From positions 12,973,480-13,037,479 of the forward strand of contig CM121342.1 in NCBI GenBank assembly GCA_051530055.1: 64,000 bases of DNA, in the 5' to 3' direction. Positions 1 to 12,559 of this stretch are shown here, piece after piece (the stretch's first letter is position 1; each line of letters starts with the position of its first letter). The notes beneath the pieces are model-generated. The model did no database searches. It was given only the letters and a program-made list of their open reading frames with translations, and was not told the origin of the DNA. Made by a program: the position numbers and the translations under genes. The stretch comes from Neoechinorhynchus agilis (Eukaryota > Animalia > Acanthocephala).

Positions 1-214
1 AACTCTTATTATATTTTCTCAATGTTGAATGAAAATTTCCAAATGCTTTCTCCCATAATTGGTGTATTATTAAATTTTATAAATATTATTGAATTGCTGT
101 CAAAAAAATTAAGCTGCGCTTAGTGATGATTTTCTTAATTGTGATTTTGAATCAACATCGTGTGATAGGCTAAGTTCAAATCCCATCCAAGAAATTGCCT
201 ATTGCGAAGAATCA

Positions 215-1672
215 TTGATTATCGACTTTGGTGATGGCGATATGAGAATATTTAACGTGAAATCAGGCGAAGGAAAGCTTTCAATTGTCGCGAACAGTGA
301 ATGTCGCGTTCGGAATTTAATCCCTGACGTTCCATCACGAATTCTTAATTCAAGCATTGACGAAGAAATTGTCTTCATTCTAAGCAATGAATCGCAGATG
401 ATATACTACGTTGAACTTGGCGAAGATCCAGCTATGAAAGGCTGTTATGATGCGAAAAAAATAAAATCGGCCAGATCGCCTATCTTTCTTGGTGATTCGG
501 AATCATACGGTACTCCAATGTTGTTCTTATCGGAAGATGGAAAAATAGTTTTATATGATGAACCGGATATGCGACATAATTACCGAATGATACGCCCACA
601 TGGCGGCGAATGTACTGATTTTGCCCTATTAAACAATGAGAATATTGTTTGCTGCGGAGCCGAAGGTATCGTGAGTTTAACTCCAATTCCTCGGGAATTT
701 CTTCAAAATGATATCAAGTGCATGGATGTATGCAGGTGCAAGAAATTTATGCTGACCGTGAATAGCCATAACGTGTTGACAAAATGGAAATGTGATGCAA
801 ACGGTAAACTCACAGAATATAAAAGTGAAACCAATTTAGCCGACTATCCTCGTTGTGTCTATGGATTTCACTATGCTTATTGTCACCACAGTTATTTTCA
901 TTTTCCTGGTCGGGCACTTCAGGAAGCGGTTATTACTTCTGGAAGTGATAGAATATATAGTTATGGCGATCTCGCTGAATACAGACAGATAATGTTAAAT
1001 AAGGATTTGCGCGTTGATCTATCGCGAAATTCAGACGGAAAAGTAATTTTAAATGCGGAAATTAAAATTATGAAAAATATCAAGCACGCAGTTGATCTAG
1101 CCGAATGGCCAGTTTGGTTCAAGATTCTCTTTTATCCAAATAACGAGTATTTAGCACTAGTAGTGACGACTGATCAGAATTTACTATACTGCAGGTTTAC
1201 AATGGACGAGATTTTAAATGAAGAAGACCAACAAGCGATTAGCTTCGACCGATGCCTTAACCTGCTTAGCATTGATCCAAATCTAAAATTGAAAGTTCTT
1301 CACGCATTCTTTAGCAATGATGAAAGCAAAGAATTGGCTTATATTGCAATTGGATCAAGCAGTGGAACAGCATTTGTGATCGATATCTTCAACAGGAAGA
1401 CGATAATTAAAGTCGAATTGAGCGACTTTGATATTACAGCCATTCATTATGACGAACCGAACCTTTATGTCGGATGTGAAGACCGCTCAATCAGTGTTAT
1501 ATCAGTCTTAAATCCCCAGAAAATCTTTGAAAGATATGTAATCGCTGATGTTCCGTTGTGCATAAATACAATCTTGGGAAAGAGACTCGCGGTACTGACA
1601 AACAGAGGTCAAGTTTTTGTTCAACAGTCACTTTCACTAATAAAGACCATGACGCTGAACACGCTTAAGTGA
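215..1672 (+). CDS. WD40/beta-propeller-like protein (485 aa ORF; probably lacks its 5' exon, frame open from ~113)
   Basis: Long uninterrupted ORF with repeated beta-strand/WD-like segments (e.g. YIAIGSSSGTAFVIDI, ITAIHYD..LYVGCEDRSISV). Family inferred from motif pattern only. Confidence 0.55.
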   Translation: MIIDFGDGDMRIFNVKSGEGKLSIVANSECRVRNLIPDVPSRILNSSIDEEIVFILSNESQMIYYVELGEDPAMKGCYDAKKIKSARSPIFLGDSESYGTPMLFLSEDGKIVLYDEPDMRHNYRMIRPHGGECTDFALLNNENIVCCGAEGIVSLTPIPREFLQNDIKCMDVCRCKKFMLTVNSHNVLTKWKCDANGKLTEYKSETNLADYPRCVYGFHYAYCHHSYFHFPGRALQEAVITSGSDRIYSYGDLAEYRQIMLNKDLRVDLSRNSDGKVILNAEIKIMKNIKHAVDLAEWPVWFKILFYPNNEYLALVVTTDQNLLYCRFTMDEILNEEDQQAISFDRCLNLLSIDPNLKLKVLHAFFSNDESKELAYIAIGSSSGTAFVIDIFNRKTIIKVELSDFDITAIHYDEPNLYVGCEDRSISVISVLNPQKIFERYVIADVPLCINTILGKRLAVLTNRGQVFVQQSLSLIKTMTLNTLK

Positions 1673-1749
1673 AACAAACAATGAAAATCGAGAAGTGTCT
1701 TAGCCTTAATCGTGATTAAAAATGCTTTATTTAATGGAAGATTATTGCA

Positions 1750-3910
1750 ATGTTCTTTGATTTCACGTAAAAGTTCATCCAACATCCATCGATGCAACCC
1801 TCGTTGCCCATCTATCAGTCGACTGGGCCAACTATAAACAGCCACCGGGAACCGGCCTACCAATACATGACGCCGCAAAGCATTAAAGAACAATACTCAT
1901 TTGCCGTGCCAGCAGCTTTCAGTTTTCAAAATGACCTGCGAGCATCATAATAAGATTTATTCGGAAAAGGGGTCATAAGGAGATAGGTAGATCAGATCGA
2001 GCTATTGTGAGGATTAGATATTACAGGTCCAACTATTTTTGCATCTCAGAAGAAGCCCGTAAAGGATCATGATCTTGGATCAGGGGTAGCTTCTGCTGGG
2101 CATTGAGAAATACAGTTAGAAAATTCAGGCGTTGATCGGACGGCCAAACTCTTGAATAAAAGATTAGGCCGGATATAGCCCATTAGTTCCAAATGCTCTT
2201 CATTGCCTTGTCGTCCAAGCGGAACGTTAATGCCCGTTGAGCGTGTGCTTTGGCGGCTTTGAGCAATTTTTTCATCTTGTTCAAGTCGTCATTGATGGTA
2301 AGGTTGGCTGTAAAAGTGTAACCCAAAATATTAACGCTCATCGAGGAAATAAATTTTGAGACCCTTCGAAATACGAAAATGAGGTTATACGTTCTTTGTC
2401 GTCTTTGATGATCTTTAAGTAAGGAGCAAGAAAACGTCGATGGATTGATTTTCTAGATAGAATCGGATTAGATTTGATGGACACGATACTCGGCCATTTC
2501 TTGACTGGAAGATAGATGTATGGAGAATCGAAAGAGTCGGTTCTTTGGGTTGTATGTGATGAAAGGAATTCATTGATAATCGAAGATAAAGAAATTTTGA
2601 TCGTACCACGATCATCGGGAGGATCGGACGGTCTCAAATCATTGATTAAGAAGCTGAAACTATTTCGTTACAAAAACATTTTTGTACTTGGTTGTTCCGT
2701 GCTCGTATCAACAACAAAATTTATTCATCATGTAAATAACGATAATGAATGTTTACGGCAAGTTAAGTTACAAAATCCACCGTGAGATCCGATGTGTACA
2801 GAAACTCTTCAACTTTCTGGCCCAGGAAAACGCTAGGGAAGCCAGGTGTCTGTAGAAAGCGTTGACAAATAAAGTTTTTGTTATGGGGGGCCACCTCTTG
2901 TAAAGAACACTAGGCCGGGGATACCCCAAGTTTTCCAGATAGCTTGAGCTCGCGATGAACTCAAGCCTAGTTTCAACGCTTGTTTAGCCATTTTGTTGTC
3001 TAATTTTAGCAGTTTTTTCATCTTATTAATATCAGTTTTGGGGGACAGATGAACTGTAAACGTGTGCCCTAGAATACGTAAATTAAGAGGCGTGTTGACG
3101 TTGTCCGCTCCCGCATCCTTCACAGGGTTCATACGATTATTGAAAAAGGATTTAAGATCTTCCAGAAGTCGGGATGAATGGACTTTGAAAATGCATATTG
3201 ATTTTGATAGATTAAGGGACAAATTCATACGTGTTAAAATTGGGGGGCAAAAAGTGATTTCGAATCATCATCCTCACAATAAAAAGACTTGGTAAAAAGA
3301 ATATTGTAAATTCGGAAGATCAAATTGTAAGGAACGCTGAAGAACTCCAATATTTGAATTATAAAAGGCAGAGAGATCTAATAAAATGCCTGAGATATGT
3401 CAACCGCAAGAATGGCTCTCGTAGGTAGAGTGGAGTTCGAAAAACTCGCATAATTGTCAGCTAGCGGAGGGTGAACTGATTTTCCCTTTTGAAACCCGTG
3501 AGAGGAAGTCTCTATTGTGCTGAAGGAATTCGTACGATACAAAGTGGATCTTTCTGAGGTTATTCCGAAGTATGATATTGAGCGAATACGATGACAATCA
3601 TCTTTAAAGGTCTTGATCCACGGAGCAACATATAATTTGTGCTTCCCATCCCTTGGATGGATGGACTTCGATTGCAGGGAAATCGAATACGGCCATTTTC
3701 TAATTGGTAAGTCAATGAATTGGCGACTGTTCGAGAGATGAAAATCCTCCGTTGTTTGTTGGTGGTTTGTGCAAGACTTTGAGATCTCCACATAAGTTGC
3801 AGTTTGTGGGTGGCCGTTTGGCACCCTCCGCCGCAACAACAGGTTGCGAAAACATGGTTGTGCAGGTAACATAAGTATTTTTGTGCGTTTTCGTTAGTCT
3901 TTGTCAATAA
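1750..3910 (-). mobile_element. Degenerate non-LTR retrotransposon RT fragments (two partial copies)
   Basis: ORF 3378-3872 has RT motifs HGFQKGKS and AILAVDISQAFY; 2881-3228 has RT7/thumb-like LRILGHTF; 2338-2637 repeats the KWP..SI..RI.S.SYF block of the 3378 ORF. Confidence 0.65.
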
Positions 3911-4229
3911 AAACCATTACATACTATCACAACAATTTTATAAACAAAAACTAGATGTCTTCATCTTCTCAAATTTCGATATCTCATATTTTTAATCTTC
4001 GAAACAATTAACTGGAAATAATTCAAACCGTACACATTAGTATTGTCGCGTGATTCTTCTGATACCGAACAGCAGGGGCAAACACTGTTCCGAAACGTTC
4101 GTTGGCTTTATTACCTTCCATCGGTTGGACTGAGCATCCTATTTCAATGACTTCGATTATCAACCAATTCCGTAAATATGGCTGTACGCTAATTCACATA
4201 TTCGCTTAATCAAAATCAATTTGATGTCC

Positions 4230-5700
4230 ACAATTCACCGCATTAATTGATATGACTGAGGAAAAGTCATAACGTCTACATGCATATCTGTGCTGGAGAT
4301 CCTTTTGCTGAGTCAATGTTTGGTCTGTTCCACATATTTGGCTGGTCAGTCCTTGAAGTGGACCTGGGATTTGCGTAACATGGACAAAACGATCATTGTG
4401 TATAATACAAGGGGTGGCAACCATGCTGATATTCTTAAAAATAAGCCATAATATGAGCAGCATGAAGTGGTGGCCAAGGAAACATTACTAGTCAATCACG
4501 TTGTTTTCTTGAATTCAGACCCAATGGAAAGAGATATTCATATACGGAATTTCAAATCATGCCTACATTGTGCTGTCCTGCAATCCTATGCCTGTCATTC
4601 TTAAGATTACACTCATAGGTTAAATTCAAACCGAGAAGCAAACAAAGTGGAGTTCGTCAACATGATTGAGGCTATTCATTGTGAGCCTTCGTCGCTATTT
4701 TCGGAAGATTGTTTAAAATGGAAGCCGCTGACAACCCCGAAGGTATCCATCACATGTAAGGAAATTTATATAAACAGAGATAAAAAGATTACTGGATAAT
4801 GAAGTGATTGAGGAAAGCCGATCCCCTTGGAGCGCTCAGGTTCGGGTTGTGGAAAAAGATGACAAAAAGCCTCTGATTATAGACTGTTTAAGTACAGTAA
4901 ACAGGATGGTAGTTTTCTGGCACAGAAATTAAAATTAAGTTTTTTCAAGAAAAACTTACAAGCAACCTTGAAAAACGCGTACAAGATTGTGCCGAAATAT
5001 CAGATTTTAACAATAAAATCATTTTAATTTCCCGGTCAGAAAACAACCAATATGAACAATTGAATCATCAAACAGTAAACTGGATGTTGGGCGCATATCC
5101 CATGCCACGAATTGATGATATTATCGACTCAATTTCAGGCCCAGAGGTATTCAGCCGGGTAGACTTGCAATCTGCCTACCATCAGGTCAGGATAAGGTAC
5201 GAAGAAAGTTTTTCACAGGATTCGAAGCATAAGGCCGACTGTTTCGGTTTCGCAGGATTCCTTTAGGTCTTACGAACGGAGTGGCTGTTTCAGAGGATTG
5301 TCGATCAGATTACGGAAAACGAAAATCTACAAGGGGCACTTGCCCATTTGGAAGATGTGATCATTTGTGGAACCGATCAATCCGATCATGAATTGAAATT
5401 GGCCAAGATCCTACAAGTAACGAAAATATTAAATATCCATTAGAATACGACGAAAGTGTCTTTAGCGTAACCCAGAGAGGAATCCTTGGTTACGAAATCG
5501 TTAATGGCGAAAAGCGTCCGGATCCAGAGAAGGTTGCTGCACTGAAAAACCTTCGTATGTCCGAGAACACCCAACAGTTAAGAAGGGCACTGGGATTATT
5601 TTCAATAACTCCAAATGAGTCAAAAAAGTTTCTTCTTTAGTATATTCTCTCAGTCATTCGGATACTTTTTCGTTGACTACAGAAGCGAAGAACTCGTTAT
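4230..5700 (+). mobile_element. Ty3/Gypsy LTR retrotransposon pol remnant (protease-RT), frameshifted
   Basis: AYPMPRIDDIIDSISGPEVFSRVDLQSAYHQVRI (5060-5266) is a typical Gypsy RT; downstream PLGLTNG...LEDVIICG in shifted frames. Confidence 0.85.
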
Positions 5701-6820
5701 GTGCGCGGGGCTAAACAGCTGGGAATCGGTGCTATCATAGGTACTGCAATCAATACGAAGCTTAATAAGTACGGCGACTGGAGAAACATCTCATGAGCCA
5801 ATATTCCAATTCAAGAGGAAGCCGTCAACCAAATACTGTTTGCCAAAATGGATGTCTCCCGGTCCCATCTATATCCTAAACTTCGGACTGAACGGCAAAA
5901 AACCATGACATGATGGAGGAGCTAAAGCTTAAAAGTGTGAACATCAAAGGTTCCTCTCGCGAAACAATTCTAAAGAAGGCCAGCGAGCAGGCCGAAAATT
6001 CAAGTTAATAAATAAATTACAATTTTTCTTCGCCAAGTTCTACAATAAATGTGGAACTTATATTCAAAAACTCGAAGGAATTAGATCTTTAGGTACGAAT
6101 GCCTTGAAATTTTTACAGGTGTCGATTTTACTTGATTTTTTAAAAGCTACAATTGACATTGAAAGATTTTATTTTACGTTTCCCAAAAGGAAGCATTACT
6201 ACTTGGCAAATAATGATCAGTCATTAAAGACACATTGTAGGAATCATGTCCCCTTCATTATTGGTTTAATATTGCTGCTAAAATCTAATGACACCTACTG
6301 GAATCTATAAATTCATCTACAACATTAGCCACTCGTTCTATTCACGCAATTCAGCTCATCGAAATGACTGCCTGACGACCAAAAATCAGCTTCAGCTCTT
6401 GCCTCATGGTCAAACAAGGCTAATCTCATCGAACTAAAATCATTATATTTGCTTATAAATAAAGAACGTTTTGATAATAGTCGTCATTTTGCCAAAACAA
6501 AATTTGCACTGATTATATTTCAGTAAAATTTTAGCTTCATGAAGTCAATGAAACGGCTGGTCAATATGAAATGAAGTTTTAAGGGTTGAAAACAAATCCC
6601 AACTTTTCTGGAGAAAACAAACCGATCAATTTTCGCCATTATGTTAAATTCATATTTATTTCCATTATATAGGCAAAATCGATATACCAATTGGAGAATT
6701 TAAGCTGTCTTATTGAACTGCAAATAAGTTTTACGATTTTTATTAACCAAGTTTACTTTAGACACAGACTGCTACGATCTTTTCTACACCTCTGATTTGC
6801 CATGAAGGGGTCATTTCCTT

Positions 6821-9800
6821 GTGAATAAAGGAGCAAAAGAAGTTCTAGCTTTCATACGTGAAGTTGCTTTCGTCCATAGAACAATGTCAACGATCTTGCG
6901 CAAATCATGGGAGATGATTCGCCGACTTGACCCACTAATTCTCGAAGTTGGCAACGAAATATCTGAACACCCTAGAAAGGAAGATCTCGAACGCCGGGCT
7001 AAGTGGCGATATCCCAATCTATTCATTTGGGTATTTAGGGTCGGAATTGTAAGCGCCGGAGCCTTGTTCGGTTTCACACTTCTGGGCGTACTTTTAAAAG
7101 CTGACCAAGAAGCTTACAGGCTGCCCCAAAATATTCAACCAATAAGGCTTTTCGTATTTATAACTCGCATTTTCTTGTTTTAAATACGGAAACATTTACA
7201 CGCTGATTATGACATTGAAATCGCTGAAATTCATGGAATACTGAACGGGCGATTACAATTAAACTTTAGGGTAATTGTTAAAATTCTAAAATCTTTAGCT
7301 TATTGAGTACATAGCTTAAACACACTAGCCGTCTTTTGGTGTTTTCGGGGAAAAACATAAGTCTTACAAAACCGGCTGATATTCAATCGACAGATGAAAA
7401 TTTTAACTGTGAAGGGACAATTGTCTACTTTATAAAAGGTTTTATGTCCATAATGACGTCTAAGGCTTTAAGGGTCGGTTTCGACTCTTACAACTTTGTC
7501 AACATTTGACATTCTTAATTCAGCCTGGGTTGTATCAATTAAGAATGGAATTCACCTCACAGATAACTCGATCAAGTGGAATCGCCGTGGCTGGCGAAAA
7601 TGAAGCGAATGGTAGAATATTCTATACCATATTTAAGGTATTAATGTAACTACTTCTGAGCTTAATATGAGTTCGTTCATGCAAGATAGTATTTTTATTT
7701 AAATGGGCCGATTTTTTAAATGAATATTTTTGCTCTTGCCGCAATTCTGGATGTTCGAAACAATCGCAAATGCTATATAAGGACCCAAAGGTACATGGGT
7801 CCTGTTCTTCGTGCATCAACAAAACGAGTTATTGTTATAATACATTTTATCTTTTGAGGCGAAAACTATTAAGTGAATGTTAGGATGCGTCAGAACGCTC
7901 AGCTTGTATAAAGAATTAAAATATAAATTTAAAATAATTGTAAGATTTTAGGATTTCAATTCGCAAACATCGATTCCGTTTTTGGACGAACCACTGTTTA
8001 AATCGACTTTTCGATTTTGCATGAATGTTTACGGCACAAAATACGAGGCAGTTGGAAGCCGTATAAAAAGTGAACGTCTTTATAATGGATGGAAGCGGTC
8101 ATGCATTGTGGTCACCGAACCTGAGTATATCGGAAACATTTTTATGTTGATCGGTTCAATATCTTGTGAAGAACTGGTGGTTCAACATGTTCGGTATTAC
8201 ATTTGTCAGCAAAATCGAAGAAAAGTAAATTCTATAAACATAATTCGCGTCAGTATTTGCACTCGCCTTCAGAGAATTTTTCACCTCGATTTTAATAGAT
8301 TCACGTAAAGGTCATAAATGAGCTTCAAGCTTTTTTCGGATTTCCTGCAGGTAACCAATCGGAATATGGAATAGCTATGCTTTCTACTCGTATAGACGGT
8401 TAGTGAAGCTTGACTGAAATATTAAAATTACTTATGTGCCTTACTAGACATTTATCCATCGCCAGGAAATATTGTTTTCTACGTTGGAGAGGTTGATGCA
8501 AGTGAGAGACACATTGAACACGAGCTCATACGTCATGAAGTTCGATCATTCGTCAACGATCTTGTTTGTGAGTATGATGATCGATGGTGGATTCAAAGCG
8601 GACTGGAATGCGTTTTGGAACAACTTTTCATGGACAAGAATTTCAGTTCGACCGATCGTATGTTTCGATTTTCTATACCATCCATGAAAAAACAATTACT
8701 CGCTCTTACTGCAGGAAAGATCAAGGTTTGTTGCATAAATATTAGCGTACTTTAATATTTAGTGGAATCTCCGTAAATAGTAGATTACTGCATAACATTA
8801 AATTTACAAACATTCTAACTTTAACGAACTGTACAATTCATAACAAATGTATCGCTGCAAAATCGATTTCTAATCAGCAAATTTCATAATACCTGAAATT
8901 AACGCTGCATTTAATTTTCGTATTAACGATCAATACTCCATGTCGAAAAATCAAGATCACTTATTAAACGCGATCTAATATTTAGTACAAGTTGTCTAAT
9001 CTCAATCAAGCAAAAATGCGTTCTTTGGAAAGTCAGGACTTGGCTATTGCGTCAATATTGACTCTACCATTCGCGATTTATAAAGCCAAAGTTAGATTGT
9101 ATTTATTAATTTCATATTTAAATCAGATGAAAAAAGAAAGCATTTGATGTCGTAAAATTGCTTGTAAACGCTAAAGATGAATATACTGTTTTACATTTTC
9201 CTTCAATAGCAAATAAATTCAATCGATTGATCAACCGAGAGTTGGAGAGAGAATCAATTTCACTGATTTCAATTAAGGTTAGTTTTCCAATTCTTTTTAA
9301 CCAAAGTTTTACAACGCCGATGTGAAACACGATTTTTTAGTTTCCAATAAAAATTTAGTACCATTTAAATACGAAAATTTCCCTTAAAATGGTTATGCTT
9401 ACGTAAAAGTACACTTAAACAATAATTATTAAGAAAACAACTTTTGCACAATTGAAAGTAAAACTATTACTTAGGCGGATAATTTGAATCCAAATATTTC
9501 CGTCATATCAATTGAACATCTAAACGTGGAGTCGCCGTTGCCTGCACCGCCTCCGCCATTTCCTGTATTCTTTACTGATGCAACTACGAAAATACAGTTC
9601 TTAATAAATATAAATTATGGCCAGCGAAAAACTATTCGAATTTATCACACTGGTAAATGGATAAAGGTTAGTCGTTATCTTGAGACAAATCAAAACATTT
9701 TGTTCTAGTTTAATCCTAACAAAGTCATTAGAGGGGTAATAAAATACGATAGGACGCTGTTAGGAGGTATTCTAGAGTCAATTACTGATTTGAATGCAAG

Positions 9801-11510
9801 CGATCGGTTCGACATTGAGTCTGATTTGTTTTTCCAGGTATTTAGAAGGAACAGAGTCGAATTGCAGTGATATCTTGCTTAGGTGCTGAGTGGAGACTTA
9901 TCCGCCTTAGACTACATTGATAGTCTATCAAATTTCAAACATGAGCGTGATATTCGAATCTGGTTGGATATTTTTGACAATCTTCAGCGGTTAAGATCTT
10001 TATTTGAGCAAGAGGAATTTCTATTTTAGTCGTTGTTATGCAGGAAATACGATAACAACGATTAATTATAAAGATTTTGGACCAAAAGATTGAGTACACT
10101 TTATCGTATATTTTGAATTCTATTATACCACTTGATAAATTAGGTATGATTTAAAACCACGGGGGATCTCTCATTTTCTCCGATATTGCAATCGATGCAC
10201 AAAAATCGTAAATCTTGCTCACGCCGATTTGTAGTTGTTTATTCGATGATGTTTAAAGCATAGTAAAGTACTTGCTTATGGCGTAAAATTAAAGGAATTT
10301 ATGAAATCCAAAATTTCGGTACAATCCCGTGCCTTTATCAAGGTTGCGAATTAAACTCTTTAACAACCTTGATAAAGGCACGATATTGTGCCGAAATATC
10401 GGAGTTAGTAAATTCCTTTAATTTTTACGCCACAACAAAGCACGAATAGCTCAATATTTTAGCGCATAGTAAAGTATAGTGAAACGGATTAACCGCTTCA
10501 AATACGATGGGGCTACCTGAAGGATTGATGATGCTATATTTTATTCGAAATTTTCGATCTCATAATAATCAACTTGGAAATTTTTAATTCTTAAAGTCCT
10601 ATGTACTATAGACCGTACTATAATAGTTTCCAAAGATTTTAATACTTATCAGATAACAAATTGATGCAACTGTTAGAGAAACTGAGAGATCCATGCATCA
10701 GCTTATTAAGCAAATTCCACACGATTAAACTGTATTGATCATTGGTTGCTTGCCTATTTTTCACGCGTTTAATTTTTCTATTCGTTGCAGTTGCGAAGTA
10801 CGAGGATATTTCTGAAGATGACCAACGTGTATTAGGACTTGTCCTACGAATTCTCGCAGATTCTGGAATGACAGACGCGAAGGTGGCAGCTTTGACGTTA
10901 AGGACTGAACATTTGAGACCGAACACGATTTTTAAAGAATCTATCCTTAGCGTTCAATACAGGCATATGTTTGATTTGATCGATGCGCCGACAACAGTTT
11001 TGACAGAGCACTGTCTTCTTTTGCGATCGATGGCAAATTCATTTCGGGAAGATGAACTCTTTCAATTAGTTCAGAAGACGATGGTCAGTATTAATTATTT
11101 TGCCTGCTTATATATTATAACAGAGTAACATAAAGAAAGCGCCAGGTGCATGTAATATTATGCCAATATTTGAAACTATTTGCCAAACTCTCGTCGGTCG
11201 ATCAGTTTTTTTGAAGGTACTTCCAAATATAAGTTACCATCCTTCCAAACTCTTGTCTCGAATTATATTGGTACGGAACCTCTTTTTCTTTAATTATTAT
11301 TTATCATTCGCCTTTCAGACATGTATGTCATATTCTACGAATCCACAAGACGCTAACCAAGTCGAGAAGGTATTTTATTTAACACTTTAGTTTCGGAAAA
11401 CGAATCCATTCATTAGTTGTATTCACTCGACGACCTCGATATGAATCAGTTTATTACCAAGAAATTAAGCTCAACAATTGAGAGAAACTTGAATATCAAA
11501 GCAGCTATCA
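6821..11510 (+). CDS. Multi-exon M1-family aminopeptidase N/ERAP-like type II membrane protein (exon structure only partly resolved)
   Basis: TM anchor then YRLPQNIQP..YDIEI (7116-7215), IPFLDEPLFKSTF (~7970-8010), AFFGFP (~8330), and ERAP1_C-like VIKYD...DRFDIESDLF (~9735-9835) and exon 10790-11085. Recognised from recalled family motifs. Confidence 0.6.
10271..10440. mobile_element. MITE-like long hairpin inside the aminopeptidase gene
   Basis: Perfect 18-bp IR gtgcctttatcaaggttg / caaccttgataaaggcac, extending imperfectly over ~75 bp per arm; 13-bp direct repeat gcatagtaaagta at 10258-10270 and 10464-10476. Confidence 0.7.
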
Positions 11511-12559
11511 ATCAGTATTTATAACTTTTAATATTGAAATGTTTAAAAAAGACAAAAGCTACATTTGTTTTAAGTTTGCACGGTATATGGGAGAAAGTTA
11601 TCTTAGCTATGAGAGACTATTTTTGAATAATCGTTGCAGCTAGTGTCCCAATGCACGTCTATATAAGGTAGTATTGCATTTCCTTCGATGACACTGTTAT
11701 TTCCGAAATTCGAGCGATTTTTATGATTTTGACCGAAACAATAAATCCTTTCTTTTTGTAGTTTTGCCATATTTATCCGATATTTCGTCGTATAATTCGG
11801 ACATTATCAAGGTTTGTCATTGATTGTAAGTATTCAATTGGAAAAAAATTAGTGAATTTAAATACGGGGTGGCAAAACTACCAAAAGAACGTATCTTTTC
11901 GCCCGAAGATCATCGCACAAGAAACAATAAATCTTGAAATGTCGTTTGGAAGTGCGACGTTCGCGCATCAAACTCCCATTTTCACATCAGTCACTTCCTG
12001 CAGTTGATAATAGTACTCTTTCTTCAGTTTATTCACCATTTCAAAACGTTTTAATGTTATAACATTAATCATATTCCGATCTACAGTCTATTTGTATTGC
12101 CATTATTTTCATGCCATCTAATCTTCATGAATGTTATTTGGACAAACTGTGACTTATTTTGAGAACTTAAAACCATCTTCACGTATATATTTTCACTCTT
12201 TGCGCTATATAAAAAAAGACGGAAAGTCCATTTTTTGCATAAGCAATCATGAAATTTCTGCGGTATTATTCTAGATGTTAAAAGTAAAATACCTTTACAG
12301 TAAGAAACATTTATTAATAAATGCGGCACGAACTGCTCATGAACATTTTTTATGATACATAAATTGGTACATAACGAAGAAATTGCTCCTGTGATGCTCT
12401 ATCTTTATAACGGCAGCGATAAAAAAACTTTGTTTCATAATTAAGATACAATTCGCGTTTTGAACAGACAGTCGTTTAGCTTAGATAAAGTTTGTGAAAA
12501 TCATGATTATAAGCAAGTATTCATTTCTTACAAGCCATTTTTCTAGCCACGAGTAAGCG

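Noticed and set aside
4055-4115. Hammerhead-like ctgatac..gaacag/ctgttc..gaaacgtt
   Set aside because: The core is CTGATAC rather than CTGANGA and there is no stem I; at best a decayed remnant.
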